A DNA stretch of 56,619 nucleotides from Priapulus caudatus. Lineage: Eukaryota. Under the pieces are notes generated by a model. That model made no database searches, was not told the origin of the DNA, and saw nothing but the letters and a program-made list of their open reading frames with translations. The stretch lies in assembly GCF_000485595.1 (NCBI RefSeq), contig NW_014577083.1, positions 676,875-733,493 of the forward strand. Reading direction: 5' to 3'. A program made the position numbers and the translations under genes. Below are positions 26,061 to 39,905 of the stretch, piece by piece (positions within the stretch are counted from its first letter, which is position 1; every line of letters begins with the position of its first letter).

Positions 26061-26309
26061 AGAGATGTAGATATATATAAAGATAAATAAAAAAATAGAT
26101 AGATAGATAGATAGACCGATAGGTAGATAATCTACAAAAAAAACATATTATATACTTCTCATATCATAATATATAATATGATGTGTGTGTGGTTCATATT
26201 TATATTTCGCGAAGGAATGCACTGACGAAATATTGTCTACTATGCGTTAATCGATGACACCGTAACGAAAACCCAATGAGGTTCGATAAGCATGAAATAA
26301 TAACAGCGA

Positions 26310-27434
26310 GATATTTTAAAACAGATCTTAATTTATTTCCTAAATGCTTCAAAACGAAACACGCTGATTTGGATTAACATATATAATTTTGGTGCACTAT
26401 ATGTACAACTCAATAGACCAAAGCTTACGACACGGTATACGATGAACACTGATATAGGAAAAATAAACCAAATACACGACAAACTAAATTGCCAAATTTT
26501 TCGTAAAGAACATCTTTTCAAAACATGAGATTCTATTATACTATAAGTATAAGTAAAACATGACTGGTAAAGAATTAAGTGCAACTATAAATAAGTTTTT
26601 TCAAAAACTGCGTCTAGCAGTGATATGACGGTTGAGAATAATATTATATTTATATTTATATTTATATATACGGCAAACGTCACGCGCATTCAAACGAGAT
26701 ATTTATGCGTTAAACCCGACTTTACACAGAACACGTACGGTTCATGCTGCTTCCTTGTGAATTGCATGCCTTTAAGCTCAATGCTACATCAATATACACT
26801 CTGTCCTAACCAAGGAATGATTAAATAACGTCGATTACCTTATTACAAAATGTCTCAAAACTTCATATAATATTTACACAACATCAGGGTTTAGAGAAAA
26901 ATCCATCATTGTGCACATTGATGCACTATGGCCGTCTAATCAATGGCCAAGTCGATTGAAGCATTGTAGTCTGCCAGACTCACCCTTGACCAAGGTTGCT
27001 GTCGCCGGCCGCAGTAGCGGTAGTGGTCAGTCAGTCAGCACCGCCCCTCGCCGGACAGTCAGCTCGGTTGAAGTCTTGCTAGACTCACGCGTCTACGTGC
27101 ACCGTACGTCGCCGCGTACGTCACAGCTGTACAGAGTTAGCGGGCCGTGGTTTTTTTTTACGGAGTCCGAGAAACGCGCGGAGAACAGTCCGGGTCCGGG
27201 TTCCGTTGGTCCGGATTCCGGTTTCCGACACGACGCACGACGGCCGCCGTACCGGCCGTCACATACACAGCACGCACATCACACATCACACACGGACACA
27301 CCACGTCGTCGCGTCGTCGTCGTCGTCTCTCATGCGACGCCTCACGCGTGCGACGCGCATACACACCGTCGTGAGCGGCGCCGGAGCGCTCTTCGTTTCG
27401 TTTCCGTAAATATTAAAACCGGCCAGACGTGTAT
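26310..27434 (-). other. Predicted SoxB1 3' UTR with AATAAA poly(A) signal at 26332-26337
   Basis: The first canonical AATAAA I found downstream of the stop on the - strand (plus-strand TTTATT, 26332-26337), followed by a U/GU-rich stretch (TGTTATTATTTC). The distal half is AU-rich. Confidence 0.5.
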
Positions 27435-28478
<1,044 letters not shown>

Positions 28479-28579
28479 TCAAGAACCGTATAATCAAGCA
28501 GCTGAGAGCAAGCCGAATTCACGCACGACTGTCGTGTCCGGATCGCACCTTAGTCTCTCCACTCCACTCTCGACGCATG

Positions 28580-28840
28580 TGTTTATTGATCAGATAGACG
28601 AGCGGCGGCCAATCACAGCGCGCCGTTGCTGACAGCGCTGACGGATGTGGCGTTCACGTGTCAGTTAGAGAGCTAGGGGGCGTGGTCTCTCGCGCTCACC
28701 TATGCCTGCGCGGCAGCATGGCAGCACTAGTCAAACGGTCGCAGCAACGCTGTCACTTTCCGAGCGATTGCGCGCGAACAGAAGCAGGTGGACACCGCTC
28801 GGTGCCAATCACGCGGTGCGAGAATATGACCCCCCCTGTT
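28580..28840 (-). promoter_or_regulatory. SoxB1 proximal promoter candidate
   Basis: Motifs clustered 130-390 bp upstream of the ATG in CpG-rich DNA: TATA-like AATAAA (- strand, 28582-28587), two CCAATCAC boxes (28609-28616, 28805-28812), E-boxes CACGTG (28655-28660) and CAGGTG (28785-28790), Sp/KLF GGGGGCGTGG (28676-28685), Zic/Gli-like GACCCCCCC (28828-28836). The TSS is not determined. Confidence 0.6.
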
Positions 28841-29196
28841 TGGTTTGCCGTGTCCTAGGTTACCGGCCAGCGTCAGCCATCACCCGTGCTCGTACGGCAC
28901 TCCTGCAGCGAAATGCTCGCTCGGATTTTTCTTCCATCTACTTCGCCTGAGCTAGCGCTTACGCTCAATCGCTGGCAAAAGCGGCCGAGGTTCGGAGGAT
29001 AACCGAGGAAATTAGATTTTGTTGCCGTGCGTAAAAATTGATAGCTAAAGTAATTTTAATAGCTTTTTTTTAATAATCTGTGCGTAGAGTAATGATATCG
29101 TGCATGTGCTATAGTGTTCAATCGGTATACGATAAAATCTTTTTGTTGTTACAAATCTAGAATGCGGGATTTCCCGGACGTTAACTGCACTTACAG

Positions 29197-29258
29197 TAAA
29201 TTAATAGTGTATTGTTAATAAATTAATAGTGTATTGCTAATTAATTAATGTGTATTGG
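29197..29258. repeat. Three-copy 22-bp AT-rich direct repeat upstream of SoxB1
   Basis: TAAATTAATAGTGTATTGTTAA (29197), TAAATTAATAGTGTATTGCTAA (29219), TTAATTAATGTGTATTGG (29241). Confidence 0.85.
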
Positions 29259-29363
29259 ACAAATAGTCGATCTGCCGTTGATCGCCATTAATTATTATCT
29301 AAAAAAAATTACGCAAACCGAGATGCATTGAGAAACAGTATAATCGAAGCATTTGTTATGTGC

Positions 29364-29422
<59 letters not shown>

Positions 29423-30387
29423 AATTGAGTGTGTGTGATGTGCATATATACATATATATGTATATATTATTATTATATATTATATATATATAAATAAATA
29501 TAGATATAACATGTATCGAACATCATATTCACCAATACTATTATTAGGCAAAATATGTAGCTACAATAATTATACGCACATTTTTTAGGCGGCTGTCGGA
29601 TAGCGATACATATGTCAACAGCGTTATCGGCAATAATCGTTTTAAAATGCCTTAATCCACCCTAATTAATTTTCTCCTGTAGGACAGCCGGGCACAGGGC
29701 ACAGGACTCAGTATAGCAATGCTGAGCGCGCACGCACGCAGTGGTTCACCGTGCAATGCAACGCGCTGCTAGTATGGGAACTATTCGCAGCTTACCTGCA
29801 CAAAAATGGGTTAATTACGAGTAGGGGATTGTGGTGAAATTCTGTCAGCGACGCAGGGGGGGCGCTGAACAATACAGACGTAACGAGTAGGTTCACTATC
29901 GGAGGACCTCCTGATGCGAGCTAAGCGGCCTAACCATGAGAACCGGGCAAATGTTAGCTGTTTGATCCCACATCAGCACATATAGGCCTATATATGTATA
30001 TATATATAAGTCTGGATGCTTGAGTCTATACTGTCGGTAGAATGCTCGATGCATTAAGTTACAGACGTAATAAATTGTAGTCTGTAGATAAATTAAAGAC
30101 AAGACATCACTTTTAGCTGTTACTGTCGAGTTCACGCTTACGCCGATCATCAGACAGACTTTAATGAAGAATAAACCTTATATACATACTATAACCTATA
30201 TATACATGAATGGCGCTATTGTTTTAGTTATCTCATTATTATATCATATTATTCTATTCATGTATATAGGTCATAGTATGTATAAAAGGTTTATCTTCAT
30301 TAAGTCTGTCTGATGATCGCGTAAGCGTGTAACTCGAGTAACAGCTAAAAGTGATGTCTGTCTTTAATTTATCTACAGCACTACAAT

Positions 30388-30532
30388 TTATATATATATA
30401 TATATGCGTGTTTTGTGTGTGTGTGCGTGTGCGTGTGCGTGTGCGTGTGCGTGTGCGTGTGCGTGTGCGTGTGCGAGTGCGTGTGCGTGTGCGCGTGCGC
30501 GTGCTTCGTGGCGCGTGTGTGCGTGTGTGTGT

Positions 30533-30601
<69 letters not shown>

Positions 30602-30649
30602 GTGCCGTGTGTGCGTGTTTTGTGCGCGTGGCGTGCATGTGTGCGTGCG

Positions 30650-30694
<45 letters not shown>

Positions 30695-31548
30695 GTGGTG
30701 TATATATAGATATCTGCCAATATGTATGTCGTACGCACGTACGTATGTATGTATGTATGCATGCATGCATGCATGTTTGTATGTATGTATGTATGTATGT
30801 ATGTATGTATGTATGTTTATGTATGTATGTATGTATGTATGTATGTATGTATGTATGTATGTATGTATGTATGTATGTATGTATGTGATGTATGTATGTA
30901 TGTATGTATGTATTGTATGTTGTATGTATGTATGTATGTATGTATGTATGTATGTATGTATGTATGTATATGTATGTATGATGTATGTAGTATGTATGCT
31001 ATGTATGTATGTATTATGTATGTATGTATGTATGTATGTATGTATGTATGTATGTATGTATGTATGTATGTCTGTGTGTGTGTGTGGTGTGTGTGTGTGT
31101 GTGTGCGTGCGTGTGTGTGAGTGCGTGCGTGTGTATGTATGTATGTATGTATGTATGTATGTATGTATGTGTATGTATGTATGTATGTATGTATGTATGT
31201 ATGTATGTATGTATGTATGTATGTATGTATGTTATGTTATTGTATGTATGTATGTATGTATGTATGTATGTTATGTATGTATGTACTGTTGTAATGTATG
31301 TATGCTATGTATGTATGTATGTATGTATTGTTATGTATGTATGTATGTATGTATGTATGTATGTATGTATGTATGTATGTATGTATGTATGATGATGTAT
31401 GGTATGTATGTATGTATTGTATGTAGATGTATGTAGTATGTATTGTATGTATGTATGATGTATGTATGTATGTATGTATGTATGTTGTATGTATTGTATG
31501 TATGTATGTATGTATGTATGTATGTATGTATGTATGTATGTATGTATG

Positions 31549-31579
<31 letters not shown>

Positions 31580-31692
31580 TGTAGTATGTATGTATGTATG
31601 TATGTATGTATGTATGTATGCATGATCGCTATGCATGCATGCGCATGCATGCATGCATGCACGTATGTATGTATGTATACTATATATATATA
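30388..31692. repeat. Compound microsatellite (GTGTGC)n/(TG)n-(TA)n-(TATG)n
   Basis: Direct observation; about 1 kb of TATG. Confidence 0.95.
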
Positions 31693-32069
31693 TGTGCGGT
31701 GTATATGGTTTGCGCGTGCAAGCTGGTGGCTGCGTGCCCATTGGGTGTGTGCATGCGTGCGTGCGTTGGTGCGTGCGCATCTGCGCGCGCGCGGCGTGTA
31801 TATGTGCGAGCGATAGCGCGGCATGTGGAGCAATTAGGGAAGTTGGCGTGAAAGGCGAGCACGCGCTATTCATCGGCACGGGAGAAGACCGAGGTGTCGC
31901 TCACCTAATTACGCGGCGCTAGTTTCCGGACAACAGGGACGCGGTCAGGGCTTCCTGGCGTGATTGCATCATGCACGCGTGACACCGTCAGACGTCGACG
32001 ACGACGACGCAGGACGACGAACGGACAGCGCCGGTCCCACATCCTTCGTTAAATCCCATACATCACACG

Positions 32070-32107
<38 letters not shown>

Positions 32108-32126
32108 ACACACACAATACACGCAC

Positions 32127-32202
<76 letters not shown>

Positions 32203-32298
32203 CGCACTACGCACACGCACATACACACACGCACACGCGCGCGCGCAACACACGCACACGCACACGCACACCACCTCACCACACACAGCACACACACA

Positions 32299-32346
<48 letters not shown>

Positions 32347-32446
32347 CCACACACCGCACACGCACACGCACACCGCACACACACACAAACAAAACACAAA
32401 CACACACACACACACACACACAACACACCACACACACACACACACA

Positions 32447-32480
<34 letters not shown>

Positions 32481-32586
32481 ACACACACCACACGATAGAA
32501 GCGTTTATATATTATATATATCGTACTATATATATATATATATATTATATTATATATATATATATATATATATGGATATATATAGA

Positions 32587-32635
<49 letters not shown>

Positions 32636-32637
32636 TA

Positions 32638-32674
<37 letters not shown>

Positions 32675-32698
32675 TATTATATATATATATATATATAT
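32070..32698. repeat. (CA)n followed by (TA)n
   Basis: Direct observation. Confidence 0.93.
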
Positions 32699-33604
32699 GC
32701 GTTCCGAAAGTGTTTCTAATACGTAGCTGTTTCATATGTTTGTATATATTAGTATCTCGAGACAAACACATGACGTATAATATTGTGAGGGAGAAGTGTT
32801 CAGAGGGAGGGGCTCGAAAAGGAGGGCAAGCGTTGTGTCAGGTGACGTGTTAAGGACGTAAGGTATTCATGGTTGAAAAGCAGACGAATCTGTGTTTTAT
32901 CGACTCATAGAAATAAAATACACACAAATAAACGTTTCACATTATAAAGTTATTATTTAATTAGAAGTCACATTTCAGTATCACGGCTACAATTTTCCTT
33001 GTTTTACTATAAAGTATTTTCGTTCTGCACATTTACATTTTTTTTCAGCAAGTGAAATGTCCATATTTGCAGATAAAATCACAGAATGCGAAGCAAGCCG
33101 TAGCGGTATTACCATTACAAAAGTAGCTGTTTAACGATTGCCCGCGCTATGTCACCGTCTTAGAAAATGAATTATTCGCTTGCTGTCCGAGGTGTCGCCA
33201 CACTGCGCGTTTACAGCTTGATTCCATCGCGTCTAAGCCATCACATACGTCTTCGTAAAATATCCACGGTATAACCTGCGAAATTACTCGTTAATCTAAT
33301 CCGATTGAATGCGCGAAGAGTTGTTTCTATACTACTGATGTTGCCGTGCAGCCAGGCAAACACACTGGTACGGAGGAGGATTATCAAATAATCGTATTCA
33401 GGCGCGCGTTGCCTTGCGTGCCATCGCACACACAGATGTCTAGCAGGGCGCTCTTTGGCAATTATTGTACGCAGCAGTTTCGGGTAGATAGCGGCAGCGC
33501 AGATGAGCGAGGCGGCAGGGATGAGCGGCATTCGCCACAGCAGAATCGCGTTTACGCGCTCTCAGATATCGTACCGAGCTGCGATACACGAGGAGCAGAT
33601 GTTC

Positions 33605-33690
33605 ACATCTCTCTTTCTCTTTTCTCTTTTCTCTTTCTTACTCTCTCTCTCTTACTCACTCTCTCTTTCTCTCTCCGCCCATCTATTTGC

Positions 33691-33769
<79 letters not shown>

Positions 33770-33945
33770 CTATCTATCTGATCTCTATTATCTATCTATC
33801 TACCTACTATCTATCTATCTATCCTATCTATCTATCTATCATCTATCTATCTATCTCATCTATCTGCATCTATTCTATCCATCTATTTTTATTTGTCTCT
33901 ATATATACATATCTATCTCGCTCCCTCTTTCTCGCTCTCTGTCTG

Positions 33946-33996
<51 letters not shown>

Positions 33997-34060
33997 CCTC
34001 TTCTCTCTCTTTCTCTCTCTCTCTCTTTCTCTCTCGCTCTCTCTCTCTCTCTCTCTTTTT
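33605..34060. repeat. (TATC)n flanked by (CT)n
   Basis: Direct observation. Confidence 0.92.
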
Positions 34061-37000
34061 CTGTTTTATTTGCCCACCCCGCTTACTACTCTCTTTCTCT
34101 CACTCATATATTCTCGCGCGCTTTTTCGCCGCTCTTTCTATTTTGAATTTAAATGTCTTTCTCTTCGTTATTAGTTATAACTGTTACACTGCAAACTCCT
34201 GAGCCTCTTNNNNNNNNNNNNNNNNNNNNNNNNNTGAAAATGGGCGAACAAACCAAGAAGAAAAAGCCTTTTTATTTTGAACCTGAAATACATATTTCCA
34301 TGGACTTCTTACAAAGTCTACCAAATGAAAAACTAGCATGCTCATTAAAGCTTCCCTTATGTAGATGCGGTCAATAATATAAACATGATCGAACTCGCAT
34401 CAATGCTTTAAACGGCACTTTATCCACAATTGCATGCACGCTAACAGCGCTATTCTATAACCCTCCATACAATACATAGCATCGACGCCTAATAAGTCTC
34501 AGTGTCAAGTGTGACTGTCATCTGAACCTTCTGATCTATCAGCGACATCAAAGCAAAATGCATAATCATAAAAAAATCAAACAAAATGTTGGAACAGAAA
34601 ACACACGTGTTAAAGAAGTCATATGTCAGATGTATAAATCGATGAAATGTCGTCCACAACGACTAACCGACAGGACTTCAAGGAGCCACTTCTACAATTC
34701 ACATCGTCTCCCTAGTTCCATCAATCGTGACGAACACTCGCAAACACAGATAGCCACCTGCTTGAAGTGCGTGCGTCCTAGCTGCAAGTCCGCTAAATGA
34801 TTTTTCTGAAAATATTAATCTCCTGTTTCACATGCCCTACATTATGCGGAAAATTAAGAAGAAAGGACTAACACAGCACCCAGCCTTGCAATCACTCTCA
34901 ATTCCGGTGAACGCGTTGGCGGATTAACTCGCTACTCGATGCGTCTTCTGTCCACCGCACCAAGTCACACTCTGATATCAGACTATATGCCTACATCTAA
35001 ATCCAATAACCCACAGTATCTCAACTCGTGATCTGAACTGTCTACCTCGCAATTGTCTCACACCTATTGGAGAATCGGGTCGAAAGTTGACAATGCGTGC
35101 TGTCCGTTGTATATTACGCAATAATTTGTGGCTGAATTTAATTACCGCATGTACAACACACACACACACATCACACACACACACCACCGACACAACACCA
35201 CACACACACATCAGCACGACACGCACAACACACCTGCACACACACTCACATCACACACACACCTCACACACACACACACACACAACACAACACAACTATC
35301 CACACAAACACACACACACACACACAATTAACACATATCACAAACACACACAAACACACATGAACATTCCATCACACACACACACACACCCTCAAACACA
35401 CACTCACTGTCACACGTACCTAGTCACTAAAACGCGTCACTGAGCGTATTTAAACCTATTATAATATATAATATATAACATATAAAATAATATACTAAAT
35501 AATAATAATAGATATATATATATACACAATATAATATAATAATTATTTAAAACTAACCATATAATAACTTATATAAAAACATAATATATAAATAATAATA
35601 AATATAATATATCAATATATCAATAAACTTAACTATTACTAGATTATACTAAATACAACCACTTATATATAATATTATAATATATATTAATAATATTCCA
35701 TATTTATGTAATATTTTGTCAATGCTGCGAAATACTCCGCAATTGCAACTGAGGCAGAGGACCTTAATGTGTCAGAATGAATTCCAATTAATTAGCGCAT
35801 GAAAATATTCCCTATCTCTGAGCGTGCCAACCACCATCAGCATAAACACCATTCTCATACAGACTCGCCTAAAATTTACGGCAAAAATAGGTTGAATTTA
35901 TGTAAAAAGATCATATAATCAGATCTCTGAAACGTCCGGATGCCGCGAAAAAATATATAAGAATGTTCTAAATGACTTTTTATCTTTCATACATTTCAGA
36001 ATAATCTAGATTGCGAATTATGCTAACGAACACTATGAAGGCAATCTTGGATCATGAATTCTTAATAGGTCTCCGCTTATTGATTTTTGGGTTCTGGCGT
36101 TCTAGAACATCGGTGTTATTATGTATTTAAATTGTCGAAGGTAACATGCTTAGTAAATAATGGGAGCCTAATGCTAGCGTGAGGAAATTATTTTTGTTCC
36201 TTGTGAATACCCCGCAAAGTGTATATGAAAACAGCCGAGTGTTATGTGTTTTTTTTGTGTGTTGTGTGTGTGGTCGATTGTATTGTGCTGTGTGTGGTTG
36301 ATGTGTGCGTGTATGTGTACTGTGTGTCGCTGTGTAGTTGTCGGAGGGGTAGTGGTGTCGTGGCGTATGCTACCCGTGATTCGTGCCGCTGCGCTACAGT
36401 TGCGCGTCGCCGTGCCGTTAGTGCATGGACGCGATGTGTCCGTGCGTGCGTGCCGTGCAGTGCGTCCGTGTTGTGTGCTGTGTGTGTGTTTCGTGTGTGC
36501 CTCTGCGCGGCGCCGCGCGTGCGCCAAGTGCGGTGTGGTTTGTTGTGTGTGTGCGTGCGTGCGTGCGTAGCGCTCGTCCTCTGCTATGCATACGGCGGGT
36601 ACGTTCGTTCATGCGGTTTTATGTGTGGGGACGCGCGTATTGTTGGTTAGTCGATGTGTGTTGTGTGTGTTGTTATGTTTTGTGTTGTGTTGTGTGTGTG
36701 TGTGGCGTATGGCTGCGTATGGGTGTTGAATATGTGTGTATATTTTGTGTGTGCCTGGTGCACCTGCGTGCGTCGTGCGTCTTCTGCGCGGCGTGCGTCA
36801 ATGCGTTTCGTCTGCGTTGCGTGCCTCGTGCGTGCTGTGTTGTATTGTGTGTGTCTGTAGTTGTGTTGTTGGTGTAGCATGTGGTCTACCGTTTCCAGCT
36901 GGTTCTACTTGGCTAAAAAACAAAGCAGCCATGTGGTTCTACTGGAGACCGAAGAATTTCACCACCTGTGTCAGCTTGCATAAGACACGCTGGGACAATA

Positions 37001-38369
37001 TCTGACTCTCCCTCCTCACTAGGAGATTCTCTGAACACACTAATTGCCCCTCACACCTGATCCCACCCAACATGTTCACCTGATCACAACTACCCAGCAG
37101 TCTGAACGAGATGTGCATCTACCCGCCACAGAGCGGAATTCTAATCCTGTCTCATTTTATCGTATGCGCGCGCAGCGAAAATTTCTTCCACAGCCACAGC
37201 GGGAGGGCCAACAGCGATTTCCGTGTCCCATACAAAATAACAGACGTCTATAACATCGGTTAGGACATCGTTAAACGCAGCGAGTCCATCGAAACGCAGC
37301 CCACGGCCAAACCCAGTTCGCTCCGCGATGTCATGTCTACATTACTGATTTTCCCTCCTCTTCCCTCACCCATCACCCCCCATTCAAAACCCGCTCACTC
37401 TACCTCTTAATACACCATGCCCGAGTTTTAACTGCGCACTAAAACTCGTACGAAATCAGAAAAACGTTCAGGGCGATCAGCAATGAATAGGCAAAACATA
37501 CGAACCGAAAGCAAGCATAATACTTGCATTTGGATATGCGTGAAACGAAACACCATGGCGCGAGCAATATAAACTCATTTCAATACCTTAGTAAATTTAA
37601 ATTATCCCAATTAAACAACACCTGCAATAAGTTGAGTACAGTGTGTGTTATAATCTGCACGCAATGCTTTTTTACGATTGTATAATGTCCTATTGCGCGC
37701 GTCCACTTACAAATAGAATTCCCATTGAGAACTCATATACAAACGGGCAAACATGTATGAAAGTCGATTATCAAATCCGCCCCTCTCATCACCACACAAC
37801 TAAGACCTCCCCTCATCTTATCTCCACGAATCCTTAACCCATTCACCGCTCTCCTCACGCATCCTACTCTCTCTCTCTCACATCTCTCCTCCATCTTCTC
37901 CTCTCTCGCGGAACCAGCTTCGTCCTCACTCTCCTCTTCCTCTCTCGTTTAAGATCTACTCCTTCCTACCTGTCGAGCCTCACATGCCACTTCTCTATCA
38001 CACATCTCGACCTGCTCTCACTCTCTCTCTCTCAGTCGCTACTCTCCCTTCGGCAATTGCTCCTCTCTCTCTACTCCCTTCACCGCATACAACCCTCTCA
38101 CATCTGTCTCACAGTTGTCCATCTCAATCCATCCTTATCACTAACCGTTCTCCATCTCTCTCCTCATATCCAAATCCTTTCTCCCCCTCGTAATCTAATA
38201 CTCCCCTCCACGATGCTCGATGTCGAATATAAATTAACCGTCATGCTATAAAGACGGCATGCATCCGATATACATGTTATTTACAACCGTATCGCTGCTG
38301 ATTAAATTGAGAAGCTTCTCTCGCCACCTTCCCCCCCCCATGCTGTATCCCCCGTCTCTCCCCCTCTTT

Positions 38370-38490
<121 letters not shown>

Positions 38491-38503
38491 TGTGTGTGCG
38501 TGC

Positions 38504-38542
<39 letters not shown>

Positions 38543-38602
38543 AATATATATATATTATATATATATATGTATATGTGTATATATATATATTATATGTATA
38601 GG

Positions 38603-38633
<31 letters not shown>

Positions 38634-39426
38634 ATGTGTGTGTATATATTGCGTTCCGAAAGTGTTCTAATACGAGGCTGTTTCATATGTTTGTATATAT
38701 TAGTATCTCGAAACAAACACATGACGTATAATATTGGAGGGAGAAAGTGTTCAGAGGGAGGGGCTCGAAAAGGAGGGCAAGCGTTGTGTCAGGTGACGTG
38801 TTAAGGACGGTAAGGTATTCATGGTTGAAAAGCAGACGATTGTGTTTTATCGACTCATAGAAATAAAATACAACAAAATAAAAGCTTCACATTATAAAGT
38901 TATTATTTTAATTAGAAGTCACATTTCAGTATCACGGCTACAATTTTCCTTGTTTTATATAAAGTATTTTCGTTCTGCACATTTACATTTTTTTTCAGCA
39001 AGTGAAATGTCCATATTTGCAGATAAAATCACAGAATAGCGAAGCAAGCCGTAGCGGTATTACCATTACAAAAGTAGCTGTTTACGATTGCCCGCGCTAT
39101 GTCACCGTTAGAAAATGAATTATTCGCTGGGCTGTCCGAGGGTGTCGCCACACTGCGCGTTTACAGCTTAATTCATGCGTCTAAGCCATCACATACGTCT
39201 TCGTAAAATATCCACGGTATAACCTGCGAAATTACTCGTTAATCTAATCCGATTGAATCAGAGTTGTTTCTATACTACTGATGTTGCGTGCAGCAGGCAA
39301 ACACACTGGTACGGAGGAGGATTATCAAATAATCGTATTCAGGCGCGCGTTGCCTTGCGTGCATCGCACACACAGATATAGAGGGCGCCTTTGGCATAGG
39401 CACATTTTGTATATCGCAGCACATAA

Positions 39427-39580
39427 GCGAGGCGGCAGGGATGAGCGGCATTCGCACAGCAGAATCGTGTCGGCAGGGATGAGCGGCATTCGCACAGCAG
39501 GAGCGAGGCGGCAGGGATGAGCGGCATTCGCACAGCAGGAGCGAGGCGGCAGGGATGAGCGGCATTCGCACAGCAGAATC
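39427..39580. repeat. About 38-bp tandem repeat (GCGAGGCGGCAGGGATGAGCGGCATTCGCACAGCAG), 4 copies
   Basis: Direct observation; only one unit is present in the duplicate block at about 33507-33545. Confidence 0.88.
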
Positions 39581-39614
39581 GTGTTTACGCGCTCAGATAT
39601 CGTANNNNNNNNNN

Positions 39615-39905
39615 GTTCGTGTATGCGTGCGCGCATGTGCGTGTATGCGTGCGCGCGTGCGCATGTACGCGTGCGCGCGTGTTCGTGTATGCGTGCGCGC
39701 ATGTGCGTGTATGCGTGCGCGCGTGCGCATGTACGCGTGCGCGCGTGTTCGTGTATGCGTGCGCGCATGTGCGTGTATGCGTGCGCGCGTGCGCATGTAC
39801 GCGTGCGCGCGTGTTCGTGTATGCGTGCGCGCATGTGCGTGTATGCGTGCGCGCGTGTGCATGTACGCGTGCGCGCGTGTTCGTGTATGCATGCGCGCAT
39901 GTGCG
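39615..39905. repeat. 66-bp tandem repeat of near-alternating purine/pyrimidine sequence, about 4.4 copies
   Basis: Unit starts at 39615, 39681, 39747, 39813 and 39879; the array begins right after a 10-N gap. Confidence 0.9.

Noticed and set aside
26322..26533. Seed matches to miR-1175 (26526-26533) and miR-750 (26322-26328) in the SoxB1 3' region
   Set aside because: Found after trying many seeds, so chance is likely; the miR-750 match lies past the AATAAA. Needs conservation data.
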